From: Tricharina praecox
Lineage: Eukaryota
NCBI RefSeq assembly: GCF_024521635.1
Contig: NW_026250438.1
Span: 124,001 to 188,000, forward strand
DNA: 64,000 nt
Direction: 5' to 3'
Shown here: positions 53,401 to 64,000 of the stretch, in pieces
Layout: every line of letters begins with the position of its first letter
Position numbering within the stretch: position 1 is the stretch's first letter
The notes under the pieces: model-generated
The model's input: the letters and a program-made list of their open reading frames with translations, nothing else
The model's database searches: none
Told to the model about the DNA's origin: nothing
Program-made: the position numbers and the translations under genes

Positions 53401-53492
53401 GACGACGAGGCTTGGATATGGGAATGCGCAAAGTTGTCGAAAACGGGCTTCGGAGGCAGGGCGTGGCCAGACGGCTGCGAAGAGTACATCAT
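50440..53492 (-). CDS. Multi-KH-domain RNA-binding protein (YLL032C/Mug60-like)
   Basis: Multi-exon gene. KH signatures: HSVLCGRSRKNVKQIESATGTAVYFPPPFP, HKEFVAGKKNGKINKIM, YHKRIIGVGGQHIQTIMKKYSVFVKFSN. Start and terminal exon are less certain. Confidence 0.85.
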
Positions 53493-56071
53493 ACGTCCCA
53501 CGGGGGTGGTGGTGGTAGCCGTGCGGATAGTAGACGATTATTTCGGAGGCGAGTTTATAGGGTGTTCCGTCTCTTTCTCTATCTTTCCTCCTCTCTCTCT
53601 TGCGAGTTCGTTCGTAGGGGGAATGTTTCTGTTTTCGCCGTTTTTTCTTCTTCTTCTCTCGTTCGTTTCGTATCGTTGCGATGCGTGTATGCGTGAAGTA
53701 GTGTCGTCGTCGTGTGTTGTCCGAACTGGCGGTCTAAGGGTGCATCAAGATATGCCGACTATGTGTTGCTGATTGCCCTAGATTTTTTACCCGTAGATGT
53801 GGATTCCGGATTCCCTGTGGCGTCCTCTTTTCTCTATTCCGTTCGACAAGAAGAAAGTTGAAGTTTGCAGCCCGCCGAGCACGCAAATTGTGGTTGTTCG
53901 CTTCTCGTTTTTTTTTTGTCCGAGAGGGAGTTTTGGCAAGAGACGGGTTTGTTGGTGGTGGTGGTGAAGAGGGCGGTGGGCGGTGGGCGGTGGGCGGTGG
54001 TGGTAGTGGTAGTGGTGGTAGTGGTGGATGTGGTTGGTTGGGCTGGGTTGGGTTGTCGTCAGAGGGAAGTCGAGCGAGCAATCGGTGTGGGGGGGGGGGC
54101 GAGGAGCGCTGAGGCTCTTCGCTTTAATAAACGATGTTGCTTGCTGTTGGCGGCAAAATGCTTAGCCAAGCTTTCAATTGAAGAAGCGGGCCGAGATGGC
54201 ACTTATGATAGTGATACGATAGAGGCAAGGGCAGGTACTGTGGTGTGTGTGCTTGATGGGCAATTACTCGATGATCACCAGCCGGATTGCTTGCTTAGGG
54301 CTCAAAGAATCGAATTGAACCAACCGATGGAGATGCCCGAGGCACGCAAAGTGTGGTGTGGAATCTACGCAGGGGAGCAGAGTCGGGTAGTGTCTCTGCG
54401 TATGCTGGATATATGCACTCAAACGGTGGAAGCCGTGGGCTGGAAGGTTGACGATATCTCGGTATATGGATCGAAATAGAAGGGAGTTGGCAGAGGATAT
54501 CAAGCACAGAAAGAAGAGAAGAAGAAGAAGAAGAAGAAGAAGAAGCAGATAGACCAGAAGGATGTGGAAGAGGAGGGGGAGAAGGGAGGGGGAAGGCCAC
54601 AAACAAACTTCACAACTGGACTCGAATGTATACGCATAAACCTTGTGTTGAGCCATCTGGGCCGGACATCACAAAGTATCTCCTCGTCCCGATTGACACA
54701 CCGTTCTGCACAGTTTTGCAATAGCCAGCTAGGAGTACTCTGCCCACCACCCATCTCGCTCCGTAACCCGCAAGCGCTCCCCGTAGTCGTCATGGATCCA
54801 CACTCGCCTCGTCACGGTTGGCCGTCACATCCGACCATGATGCAATGATGCGAGTTCCGGAGGGGTATAGGAGGAAGAAGAAGGTTCGGAAAGCCAAACA
54901 AGAAGTACGTACTCGTGGAAAGACCACCACGAAAACAACACGCGTGTGGGAGGAGTGTGTGTGAATGTGGCTGGGCCAGCTGGCGTGTCTGCCGGACGAC
55001 AGTGTTCCATCATCGACACGAAACCAGGACGGAGGCAAAGCTTAGAAAATCCCACGTCTTCTATTCCGGTCCCGAAGCTAAAAACAAACATAACAAAAAC
55101 CATACATACGACTAGAGGGCCCAAACGAGCGAGCAAAGGAAAGCGAGTCTTCGAATCGAACTGTCCTATATATCAACGTCGGGGAGCCTCGGGGCAAACT
55201 TTGCTTTAGTTTTAACTTTTGGCTTTGGACTCACTCTACCTATTTCTAGACTCTCCAGTGCCTTCGATGCCTTCACTGCACGGCTAGTCGTGACTATGTA
55301 GATCGATGTTTACAACTTCTTCACGCCTCTTGTTTCTTCCAGCCAGAGTATCATACGCACTCCCGACTCTTGTTCCTGGTTTCACTCCAGATCTATTCAA
55401 CTGGTTTCAAACACTCGAACTAGGGCTCTTTGGGGATCATTCGGTGGCAGAACGGTGGTGTGAGGTGAGAGCAATCGACGAGCAAAAAGCCTCACAGCGA
55501 GCCCCTAGAAGACTGTGCGTGCTTGTGGTTGAAGGCCCGTGAAGCGCAATTGACGTCCACCTCCATTTCGCCCAACGCCGTGCCGAGGCACAGAGGTTGT
55601 TTTTGATGATCTAAGGGATGCCGAAATCAGAGTACGAGTGAACATGATGCTCGTGTCCCCGAGACTTGGGTTCCAATAATCGTGATTGACTCCCGTGAAG
55701 TGTGAAGGCGGGGCGGGTTCTGGTTGGCAGGGTGGATGGACTGAAGGGTGGGACTGGATCATGTGACTATGGCCCGCTGCGGTGAGTTTACTCACGCCGC
55801 TGAGGGTGTAGATATTTTTACAATGAAAAAGAAGTTTTATGTTTGTCTGCTTCAAATTCAAGCACACAATTCTCACTTTCTTGACCCCCTGTAAAGTAAA
55901 AATACAAGCCGGTAAAAAAAAGCACGAAAGGAAAAATCCCATCAGGAACCAAATCCCCGTAACCCCGAAAGAACACAAGAGAAAGAAAAAAAAGGTGGAA
56001 AAAAACGGTGGCGGTCAACATCCCATCCATCCCCCTGCATCATCTCATCTCATGACAACGCTTCTCTCCAA

Positions 56072-58429
56072 TCAATCCCGGTACCTATATCCCCCAACGC
56101 CGCCGTACGGAGAATAGCCCGCCCCGGGTGGTGGAGGGACCATAGATGGTGGTGGTATGCTGTAACGCTCCCTTTCCAGATCGGGACGCACGCTTGCTGC
56201 TCTGCTGTAAACCCTGTCCCCATAATACTCCGGGACGTCTGGACGAACGCTGGGTTGGCGAGGAGGAGGAGGAGGCGGAAGGTATGCTCCCTCACCGGGA
56301 CGAACACTGGCCCTTCCGTCCGATCTACCGTAGTAATCAACACCTGCTCTGGGAGGATATTCCAGTCCGTCCGGAAGTACGGCCATGGCAGCCCTCGTGA
56401 GTGGTCTGGCGTATTCAGGAGGCGGGGGGTATGATCCGCCGAGAGGCACCGGTGGCCTTGATTGAGACGAGCCTGAATAGTCCCGCTTCCTGTAACCACG
56501 GTAATCTTCTTCTCCCCGATACATAACACTCTCGGGCCGAGGCATCAGAAATGGCGGCTCTTCGGGGTAGCGAGCGTGCGGGGCCGGCGGCGCAAAGGAG
56601 GGCTCACGGGCTTCGTAATAGACACGGTCTCGGGGATCTCGGGGATCTCGGGGCGGTGGCGGATATGGGTATTCCATTGCTACAGGACCGGGCCCGCGAA
56701 TGTCTTGCTCAACACCATCCGGCATGAGACGAGCTCTCTTAGGGCTGGGGGAGCCTGCTGGTGGTAGCCTCTGATTCACTGGGCCAGGAGTATTGTTCCC
56801 CATGATATCCCTCCTACCCCGTACGTCAGGTGATATGGACCTGCTGTCCCTACGGCGTGCATACGGATCCGATGGAGATGCAGATCTGCGGGGGAATGGC
56901 GGGCGAACTGAGGGCGGGGGCTTTGTTCCATAACGACCGTAATCTTCATATGCCGGTCTCGGTGCATAGTACGGCGGCGCCGATGGAGGTGCAGCATATT
57001 GCGGCGCATAAGGCCTTCGGTAATCGGGCGGCGGTGGAGGGTACGCGTAAGGGTCCTGGTATGGATACCCCTCGTATGGGTGACGGTGCGGAGGTTGCCC
57101 ATAAGGAGAAGGGTGTTGGTAGTAACCGTGAGCTGCTACATCAGGAGGCATGCGGTAGGGCGGTCCGCCCGGATGAGCACTCTCCCTGCTTGACGGTCGC
57201 AGAGCTCCTACGATCTCTGGCGACATCATCCTCCTGGCGTACTCGTCGCGGGGGGGAAACGGCGGAGCATTTATTGGTTCCTGCTTGGGGTAAGGATCTG
57301 GAGATGGCTGTCTAGCTCGCTTCGACGGCACCTGTACGGTATGCGCTGGAGGAGGCGGTGACAGTCGCTCCGCGTTCTCCAGTTCAATTATGCGGTCTTG
57401 GGATTCCACACGAGCAACATTTGCAGGCCGAACGGGCTGAGGAGCAGCAGGCGATCGAACCTGGCTAGTCGCGGAATAACGCGGCTGCGGGGAGGCCAAT
57501 GGCGATCGAGCCAGGTTACTCGCGGAGTAGCTGGGTTGAAAAGGGTCCAGCGGCGATGTGGATTGCTGTGGTTTGGATACTGGTGGCAGCGGTTGAGGCC
57601 GTCTCTCCCGCTCTCTGAGAGTTTCAACGATCCTCGAGTGCGGTGGTTCGATTGGCACTTCTCTCGTAGCCTCCACACCCGCCGCAGCCGTCACGCGTCG
57701 ACTGTCGAACCGGTCTTCCACATGTTCCTGCCACCTCGCCGGGCTATCATTAGACTTCCTCGCCATTTCTCCACCATCGCCCCTATCCCTATTGCCCCTA
57801 TCGTCCCTCTCCCCCTTATCCCCAAAGAAGCCCTTCAGTTTGTTGATTGACGATGGATCCTCAGGACGCTCCACAGGCTTCAACCACATACCCGCCTTCT
57901 GCATCGCCGCCTCCAAGTCCACATCATCCTCAACTTCTGCAACCGCCTTTCCATCCTTAACCTCCATGCCCAAGCGCGCCTCATATTTCTTTTGCTCCAG
58001 CTGGTTCCTAACCTCATGCTCGATGCGCTGGCGCTTCAACGTAGTCTCGGCTCTAATCAACACATCCGACTTGGTGAGCAATACGTCCTCGATTTGACCT
58101 GTTGCGGAAGCATTGGTAGCGGCAGTAGACGGAACAGCGGTGACGATAGCGGCTGGGTTCGAGGCGGCTGGGATGGTAGACTTCTTGGTCGTCATCACCG
58201 GCGTAGGTTTACTCGAGCTCTGGCCAGAGGTTGAAGTAGCTGCCGGTAGAGGTGCGGGAGTAGCAGCCGCCACGGATCGCACGATACTCGGCGGCTTGAA
58301 ACGAGAATGTCTCCCCATGTAGATTTCATTGCGCAGATTGATGATCCGTTGGTAGTCACGAATCTCCTCTGGTGTGTCGGCCGGTGATGCTGGCACGCTT
58401 CCCGGAAGCTGGGCAACGTCTGAAGCCAT
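56072..58429 (-). CDS. Uncharacterised Pro/Tyr/Arg-rich, largely low-complexity protein (785 aa)
   Basis: Long intronless ORF with two ordered-looking N-terminal blocks (EIRDYQRIINLRNEIYMGRHSRFK; LLTKSDVLIRAETTLKRQRIEHEV) and a disordered C-terminal half. Confidence 0.82.
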   Translation of the reverse strand: MASDVAQLPGSVPASPADTPEEIRDYQRIINLRNEIYMGRHSRFKPPSIVRSVAAATPAPLPAATSTSGQSSSKPTPVMTTKKSTIPAASNPAAIVTAVPSTAATNASATGQIEDVLLTKSDVLIRAETTLKRQRIEHEVRNQLEQKKYEARLGMEVKDGKAVAEVEDDVDLEAAMQKAGMWLKPVERPEDPSSINKLKGFFGDKGERDDRGNRDRGDGGEMARKSNDSPARWQEHVEDRFDSRRVTAAAGVEATREVPIEPPHSRIVETLRERERRPQPLPPVSKPQQSTSPLDPFQPSYSASNLARSPLASPQPRYSATSQVRSPAAPQPVRPANVARVESQDRIIELENAERLSPPPPAHTVQVPSKRARQPSPDPYPKQEPINAPPFPPRDEYARRMMSPEIVGALRPSSRESAHPGGPPYRMPPDVAAHGYYQHPSPYGQPPHRHPYEGYPYQDPYAYPPPPPDYRRPYAPQYAAPPSAPPYYAPRPAYEDYGRYGTKPPPSVRPPFPRRSASPSDPYARRRDSRSISPDVRGRRDIMGNNTPGPVNQRLPPAGSPSPKRARLMPDGVEQDIRGPGPVAMEYPYPPPPRDPRDPRDRVYYEAREPSFAPPAPHARYPEEPPFLMPRPESVMYRGEEDYRGYRKRDYSGSSQSRPPVPLGGSYPPPPEYARPLTRAAMAVLPDGLEYPPRAGVDYYGRSDGRASVRPGEGAYLPPPPPPRQPSVRPDVPEYYGDRVYSRAASVRPDLERERYSIPPPSMVPPPPGAGYSPYGGVGGYRYRD

Positions 58430-59471
58430 AGCTAGTGACTTTTTGCGGGGAGGTGCGTTGCTTGCGGTGGGTGAGGTGGGTGAGGTGGGTGAGGTTGGGG
58501 AACACGCGACGAGGACCCGGGTTGTAGGGGGGTGGTGGTGGTGGTTTCGAACTTATTGAAGGAAGGAGAGGTCGGCATCGAGTCGCGGTCGCGCTAGCTA
58601 GCAATGTGCATCTGATCTAATCTGATAAGTAGTGGAGCACGCTAGTTGTTACTACTAGAGGAGAGCAAAGCCCCACCAGTGCCACCACACCATGACGCAT
58701 TGTCACGACATACCGGACCTTCCGATTCGCCGGGATACTCAGTACGGGAGTCATTACGATCTACGAGGAACAAAATCCACAAAACAGAACCGGCATACAT
58801 AAGGTGTTGATTCATCTCCTCCGGTTGCGGAACGTCATAAGAAATTTCGGTAGAAGATTGACCACCGCCCAAACAGCAGAAGGGTAAAAACATCACTCCG
58901 TTAACCACAACATCACGAATCCAGGCACAACTGGAGACAGTTCAAGCCTCTTACCCAAGTTACCCAACACATCATCATGCAACCCAACAGCATATTACAC
59001 ATCTTCGCGAATCTGGTGGACATCTCACAGTTTCCAAAATTGTCTTTCGTATATATCAGCCAATCTCAAGCCTGTTAAACGCCTTTCAATGTCCAGCGCC
59101 GATCTGAGCTTTTCAATATTGTGATAAGAAAACCTGCCTCCGGAAACTTCTGGGAACCCAAAGATATGTCGATAGATGCGGAACGAATCGTTCCTAGTGT
59201 TACGAAAAGGACGAGTGGGATACCGTTGACATCGTGATTCGTGAAGGTGAGTAGAACCTCAAGGAAGGAGGGGTTGTGGTGATGCTGCGGGGCGACAAAA
59301 GTAGCTAGATCTGCATTCCACCTCAGGGACCGGTTCACTTCCAGGCGTGACTCCCTTCGTGTGTCACATACCATTACTCACCGGAGCTCCAGCTCGCCCA
59401 TCACCACCACTACCGTCCTCACAAGATCTTCAACCACAACAGAAGCCGGCCCTTAGACCAAATTGCACACG

Positions 59472-60361
59472 ATGGCTTCCTCCGAGCTCCCCGTCTTCTT
59501 CTTCGATATAGACAACTGCGTTAGCTCTCCCAGTCCCTTCGCCAGCCAGCCAGCTAACAGTTTCCAAGCTCTATTCACGCAACAAGAGAGTGCACGACAT
59601 GATGAAAGACCTGATCCGCGCCTACTTCCGGGAGCATCTCGGTTCCTATCCCACCCTCCGTTCCTCTCCTTCCCACTAACTCGCCGCACGCAGAATTGAC
59701 ACCGGAAGACGCCCAAAACCTCCACGAACACTACTACGAACAATACGGACTAGCGATCGAGGGCCTCGTCCGTCACCATAAGATTGACCCGATAGACTAC
59801 AACCGCAAAGTCGATGATGCGTTGCCGCTCGAGGACGTGCTGTCGCCCGATCCCGCGCTAAGAGAACTGATTGAGGCGATCGATACGACCAAGTGCAGGC
59901 TGTGGTTGTTTACGAATGCCTACAAAACGCATGGACACCGGGTGATCAAGCTGTTGGGGCTTGAGGGGCTCTTTGGGGGTGCGTACGCAAAGACTGAGTG
60001 TGTAGGGAGTGGATACTGACGAGAGGCATAGGGATGACGTTCTGCGACTATGAGGAGTTCCCGCTGATGTGTAAACCGAAACCCGAAGCCTACGAGAGAG
60101 GTACTGTCTCTTTCCCGCTTCTCGTCCCTCCACAAGCTGACGGCTCAAGCAATGCGTGACGCCGGCATCGCCGACAAGAGCAAATGCTACTTCATCGACG
60201 ATAGTGCCTGGAACTGTCAAGCAGCGCTAGAATACGGATGGCCGCACGTGGTCCACAAGCTGGAGCCCGAAGACTCCGACCCCGAATTCGCACACGGGAA
60301 GCACCACATCCGGGATATCTCGGAGCTGAAAACCGTCTTCCCGGAGATCTTCAAGCCGTAG
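59472..60361 (+). CDS. SDT1: Pyrimidine 5'-nucleotidase, HAD superfamily (SDT1/PHM8-like)
   Basis: Spliced protein: VFFFDIDNC|LYS, YYEQYGLAIEGLVRHHKIDP.DYNRKVDDALPL, LWLFTNAYKTHG, G.TFCDY..CKP, CYFIDDS..NC. Four short introns. Confidence 0.92.
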
Positions 60362-60615
60362 GCAGACACGTATACTGTACCAGTAGATGAATGCATAGAA
60401 TCCTCTTTCTTGTGATCCCAGAACCATTACATAGAGTAGAGTACATACATCATACCGGCCACTTGTAGATAGATGACGCCTGCATGCAGGGTCCCCTCGC
60501 GTCCACCACGCACTAGTGATGTTTGCACCCCACAACCTTTAACGAACCAACATGTCGCGCTTTTCACTTTACACGACACCGACGCGCCCTCCATACACAC
60601 CTTGAATCCACACTG

Positions 60616-63600
60616 ATGGCGGAGATGGAGATGGGCAGTAGTAGCATCAGTCCAGCCAAAAAACGAAAACGCAGCTACTCCTCGTCCTCGTCGTCCTCGC
60701 GCTCCTCATCCAGCCCCGACCGAACCCCGGCACGCAGACCGGTGGTCGTTTCTTCCTCCGAAGACGAAGATGATGTATCGGAATACAAGCAGTCATCGTC
60801 GCCCCCATTGCCCCCGCCAGAATCGGCTTGGGGTTCGGGCGAGGATGAGCATTCGTCCGTGATCAGTGGCTCGCGGAGGAGCGAAAAGATTGCGGGCGCT
60901 GAGGGCGACGGGGATTGGGATTGGGGGAGTGTTGATGGGACGGACGCGGACGCGGACGAAGATAGGAACGGGGATAGGACGGAGAATATGGAGTGGGAGG
61001 ATGATGCTTGGGGGAGTGTTGAACCAGCGAGTGATGCTGAGAAGCAAGGGGAGCCCGCCGCGCGGGTCAATGGTGGGGGCGTTGGGATTGCGACAGATGA
61101 TGATTGGGGGAGTGTTGAGCCTACCGAGGATGAGGATGGCGACGGGGATGTGACAATTGTTCCGGATGGTGGAGACGATGAGGAGAGTGAGGAGAGTGAG
61201 GATGAAGAACGGGAAAACGTGCAGCACGCGCAAGTCAGTATTGACGACCAAGCTACAGCCGACGATGACTGGGGCAGCGTTGAGGCGGCCTCGGACGGCG
61301 AGGGGAGAGTCCAATCTGAGGGAGCGGAGGACAGTGGAGACGAGGAGGACACCGGGCCCGCGCTAGGAAGAGCCACCGACGAAGAAGCCTATGAAGCCGA
61401 GTCGGAAGAGGAAATATATCCCCATCGCCGCCGGAGGCCGGTTATCCACTCGCCAGAACTATCAGCAGAAGACGATGAAGATGACGACTCGACGACCTCA
61501 ACCTCCCGCTCCTCCCGCTCCCGCATATCTCAAACCTCAGAAACGTCTTCCCCGTCCCCGTCCCCGTCCCCCCCACCTCTATCCAGCAAATCCCGTTTCA
61601 TACGAAACGCCTCGCAGCAATTCCACGAAAGCCTAGATGCGGAATCCCCCCCACGCGTCAAGGGCCGGCGGCGAGGGGCCCAGAGAAATAAATTCACCAC
61701 GGAGTATGTGGATCTTCTCAACACCGAGATCCGGGCGGCGCGGGACAGGTCTATCTACAGCACCTCCGATGCTTTCCGTCGACAGGGATGCTACGTGCTC
61801 CTGTCGTATTGGACACCCGACGAGCAAGACGTATTTTTCAACCACCTCGCAGTGCTGAGAAAGGACGCAGTTGATGGCATCGCCAAAGCCGTGGGAACAA
61901 AAACCGTCTTCGAGTGTCGCGCGTATATACAGCTACTAGAGGAGGGGCTGTTGGAGGTACAGGGGAGAAGGAGTGTCTCGCGCTCGCGGGATACCGTAGG
62001 GCTGGGGGAAATTCCAGCCGCGGTGGAACTATCGGAGGACTGTGTGGCGGCGCTCGAGCGCCAGGCCGATTTCGTCGAGGACCGGAAACGACGGGATGAG
62101 GAGCGGTTTGAAAAGCGGCGGTGGGGAGATTGTTGGCTCATCGATGAGGAGCTTGCGGCGGAGGTGAAGAGCCTGTATAAAGCCGATGATACCGAGGGGA
62201 TTAACGAGATCGCTCCAGAGGCCGAGCTGCTCGATGTTGCCAAGATTCTGGACCTCTCGGAGAAGTACTTCATGAACGGCTCTGGCGAGAGTAACTACCG
62301 AGCCTTCGCCCCGCGCGGCGAGACTCCGTCAATGCGCTACACCGCCTTGCAAGACCTCCACAGTCTGGTCCTCTCCGTTACCCGCCGCATAGTTCAGACC
62401 AGCATCTTCATGGCCGAGTCCCGGCTTCGGAATATGGAAAACCAGATCTTCGCACCAGCGCCATTTATCCGTGCTGACGACGTGCAAGCCGCAGTGGAGG
62501 CAATGAGTCTGCCCCAAAACACGGTGCAGTACTGGGCGCAGCTACCACGGCGTACCGGACTGGCAGTTGTCGAACACATCATCCAGATGAAATACAAAGT
62601 TCCGAAGACGATGGAGCTCACGCACGTCGAGGAGTTCCTGAACAAGCCCATCACGAAAGTCAGTGGCACAAAGATCAGGCGGAAACCCCAGGCACCAGAA
62701 GCGAATAGCAACCCCCCTTCCGAAGCCGAGGACTCCGACGCAAGCGAGGCAGGATCCCCCACCGCTCGGTCCTCATTCTCCTCCCTAGATCCCGACTCCT
62801 CAGACCTCTCCGACGACGACGCCATGACAACCCACCCCTCGGCCGCCCACATCCGGCGCACACGGAAACTGGCCCTTCTCGCCGCAGCAGAGGACCGCTA
62901 CATGAACGCCATCGACGCAAGACAATCCCTGCGTGAGGAGAAACAGCTGTGGCGAGTGATGGGCTTTTCCCCCACCACATCCGCAGATGAGAATGAGGAG
63001 GAGGGGGATGAGGGGGAAGTACCAAACCCTCTCCGCCGCCAAGTGCGGGATCTCGAGTGTACCACCGACTGGCGTGACGACGTGGTATACCACGCACCGT
63101 GGGAGGTGGTGAAAAAATTCGATACGATTTCGTGGCCGGAGGCCGAGCACACCCATCAAGATGCACTACCGGACCAGCCAGCAACTCCAAACCGGAATCG
63201 AAAACGACGGAGGATCCAATACTCCGACGACGAAGAGGAGGAAGCGGAGGCTACGCCGACAGATTCAAGCGCCAGCGATGTCGAAATGCCACCAGCAAAA
63301 AAGCCCAGGTCCAAGTTACAATCACAATCGCAATCACAATCACAAGCACAATCACAATCGAGGCCAAAATCGAAACCGAAATCGAAGCCGAAACCCGCAC
63401 CACCCCCACCCCCACCACCGGTACAGAGATCCCCGAGAAAAGCACGGAATAGAAGACAGAGCGCTGCGCCGGTGGGATTCGTGAATACTGTTGATGCGCT
63501 TATGGACTCTGACGATGGTGCTGCTGGGGACGCTGTTGGAGGCGGGGAGGAGCCACGGGAATATGAGTATGTGGCGGAATATGAGGAGGATGAGGAGGGG

Positions 63601-63630
63601 GATGATGAGTATCAAGAGGAGGAGGAATAA
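60616..63630 (+). CDS. RRN5: RNA polymerase I upstream activating factor subunit Rrn5 (SANT/Myb-like plus histone-fold-like region), with a long acidic N-terminal extension
   Basis: SYWTPDEQDVFFNHLAVLRKD.VDGIAKAVGTKTVFECRAYIQLL; EIPAAVELSEDC; LSEKYFMN; ALQDLHSLVLSVTRRIVQTSIFMAESRLR..IRADDVQAAV. First ATG is at 60616. Confidence 0.85.
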   Translation: MAEMEMGSSSISPAKKRKRSYSSSSSSSRSSSSPDRTPARRPVVVSSSEDEDDVSEYKQSSSPPLPPPESAWGSGEDEHSSVISGSRRSEKIAGAEGDGDWDWGSVDGTDADADEDRNGDRTENMEWEDDAWGSVEPASDAEKQGEPAARVNGGGVGIATDDDWGSVEPTEDEDGDGDVTIVPDGGDDEESEESEDEERENVQHAQVSIDDQATADDDWGSVEAASDGEGRVQSEGAEDSGDEEDTGPALGRATDEEAYEAESEEEIYPHRRRRPVIHSPELSAEDDEDDDSTTSTSRSSRSRISQTSETSSPSPSPSPPPLSSKSRFIRNASQQFHESLDAESPPRVKGRRRGAQRNKFTTEYVDLLNTEIRAARDRSIYSTSDAFRRQGCYVLLSYWTPDEQDVFFNHLAVLRKDAVDGIAKAVGTKTVFECRAYIQLLEEGLLEVQGRRSVSRSRDTVGLGEIPAAVELSEDCVAALERQADFVEDRKRRDEERFEKRRWGDCWLIDEELAAEVKSLYKADDTEGINEIAPEAELLDVAKILDLSEKYFMNGSGESNYRAFAPRGETPSMRYTALQDLHSLVLSVTRRIVQTSIFMAESRLRNMENQIFAPAPFIRADDVQAAVEAMSLPQNTVQYWAQLPRRTGLAVVEHIIQMKYKVPKTMELTHVEEFLNKPITKVSGTKIRRKPQAPEANSNPPSEAEDSDASEAGSPTARSSFSSLDPDSSDLSDDDAMTTHPSAAHIRRTRKLALLAAAEDRYMNAIDARQSLREEKQLWRVMGFSPTTSADENEEEGDEGEVPNPLRRQVRDLECTTDWRDDVVYHAPWEVVKKFDTISWPEAEHTHQDALPDQPATPNRNRKRRRIQYSDDEEEEAEATPTDSSASDVEMPPAKKPRSKLQSQSQSQSQAQSQSRPKSKPKSKPKPAPPPPPPPVQRSPRKARNRRQSAAPVGFVNTVDALMDSDDGAAGDAVGGGEEPREYEYVAEYEEDEEGDDEYQEEEE

Positions 63631-64000
63631 GCGGTTGTACATAGTTTTTTGATGATTTTGGTTATGGATAATGGGCGAGCGCCTGGTTTTGGAACTTAGA
63701 ACTTGGTGGGGCGTTTATTTTACTTTATCTTTTTATTTCGGTTTTTGGTGGGAAATACCAATTACATTCAGTTACGAGGGAATGGGGATTAGTTTCTCGA
63801 TGGAACTGCGGCGGTCGTTGCTTTACTATACAGATGGTGCGTAGATTATGAATGAGGCAGACGAAGGCCGAGTGCCCACGCCGTCCGTCCAGCCTCTCGA
63901 TTAGTCGGGACAGGATTTGGAGCCATTTCTGGTTCAGACGGAAGAGAGAGAGATCTTCCTGTTTTATTTCCCATGCAGCCTATCTAGACTATGGCGAAGA

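Noticed and set aside
58642..59374. Two short minus-strand ORFs as a possible degraded gene
   Set aside because: No identifiable domain and no convincing splice path.
26960..63630. NOC4, RPS28 and RRN5 as a ribosome-biogenesis gene cluster
   Set aside because: Spread over 36 kb among unrelated genes; compatible with chance.

Overview
Eukaryotic DNA from a filamentous ascomycete fungus. It has short GT-AG introns with CTRAC/CTAAY branch sites and microsatellite-rich intergenic spacers. A Pezizomycetes-like origin is my impression only. I reconstructed 17 protein-coding genes by hand, most of them spliced: GH5 exo-beta-1,3-glucanase (partial), a secreted 892-aa Thr-repeat protein with a CBM4/9-like C-terminal domain, aldo/keto reductase, secreted alpha/beta hydrolase, MUP1-like amino-acid permease, NOC4, EAF7, a spartin/senescence-domain protein, a PPR protein, a small secreted CBM52-repeat protein, a PTH11-like membrane protein, RPS28, SRV2/CAP, a multi-KH RNA-binding protein, a Pro-rich protein, SDT1/PHM8 nucleotidase and RRN5. 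There is also a stand-alone Ty1/copia-type gag ORF. The three most notable items are these. (1) The intact gag ORF has no pol and sits between diverged LTR-like direct repeats, with a third, inverted solo copy of that repeat about 10 kb away. It is a candidate domesticated gag or TR-GAG-like element. (2) The secreted protein carries about 29 near-perfect TVTDTITLPGGPG(A/V) repeats with a strict TxTxTxT pattern. (3) The RRN5 N-terminus carries an array of acidic WGSV motifs. No tRNA, rRNA or CRISPR array was recognised. All annotation is by eye; no searches were run.
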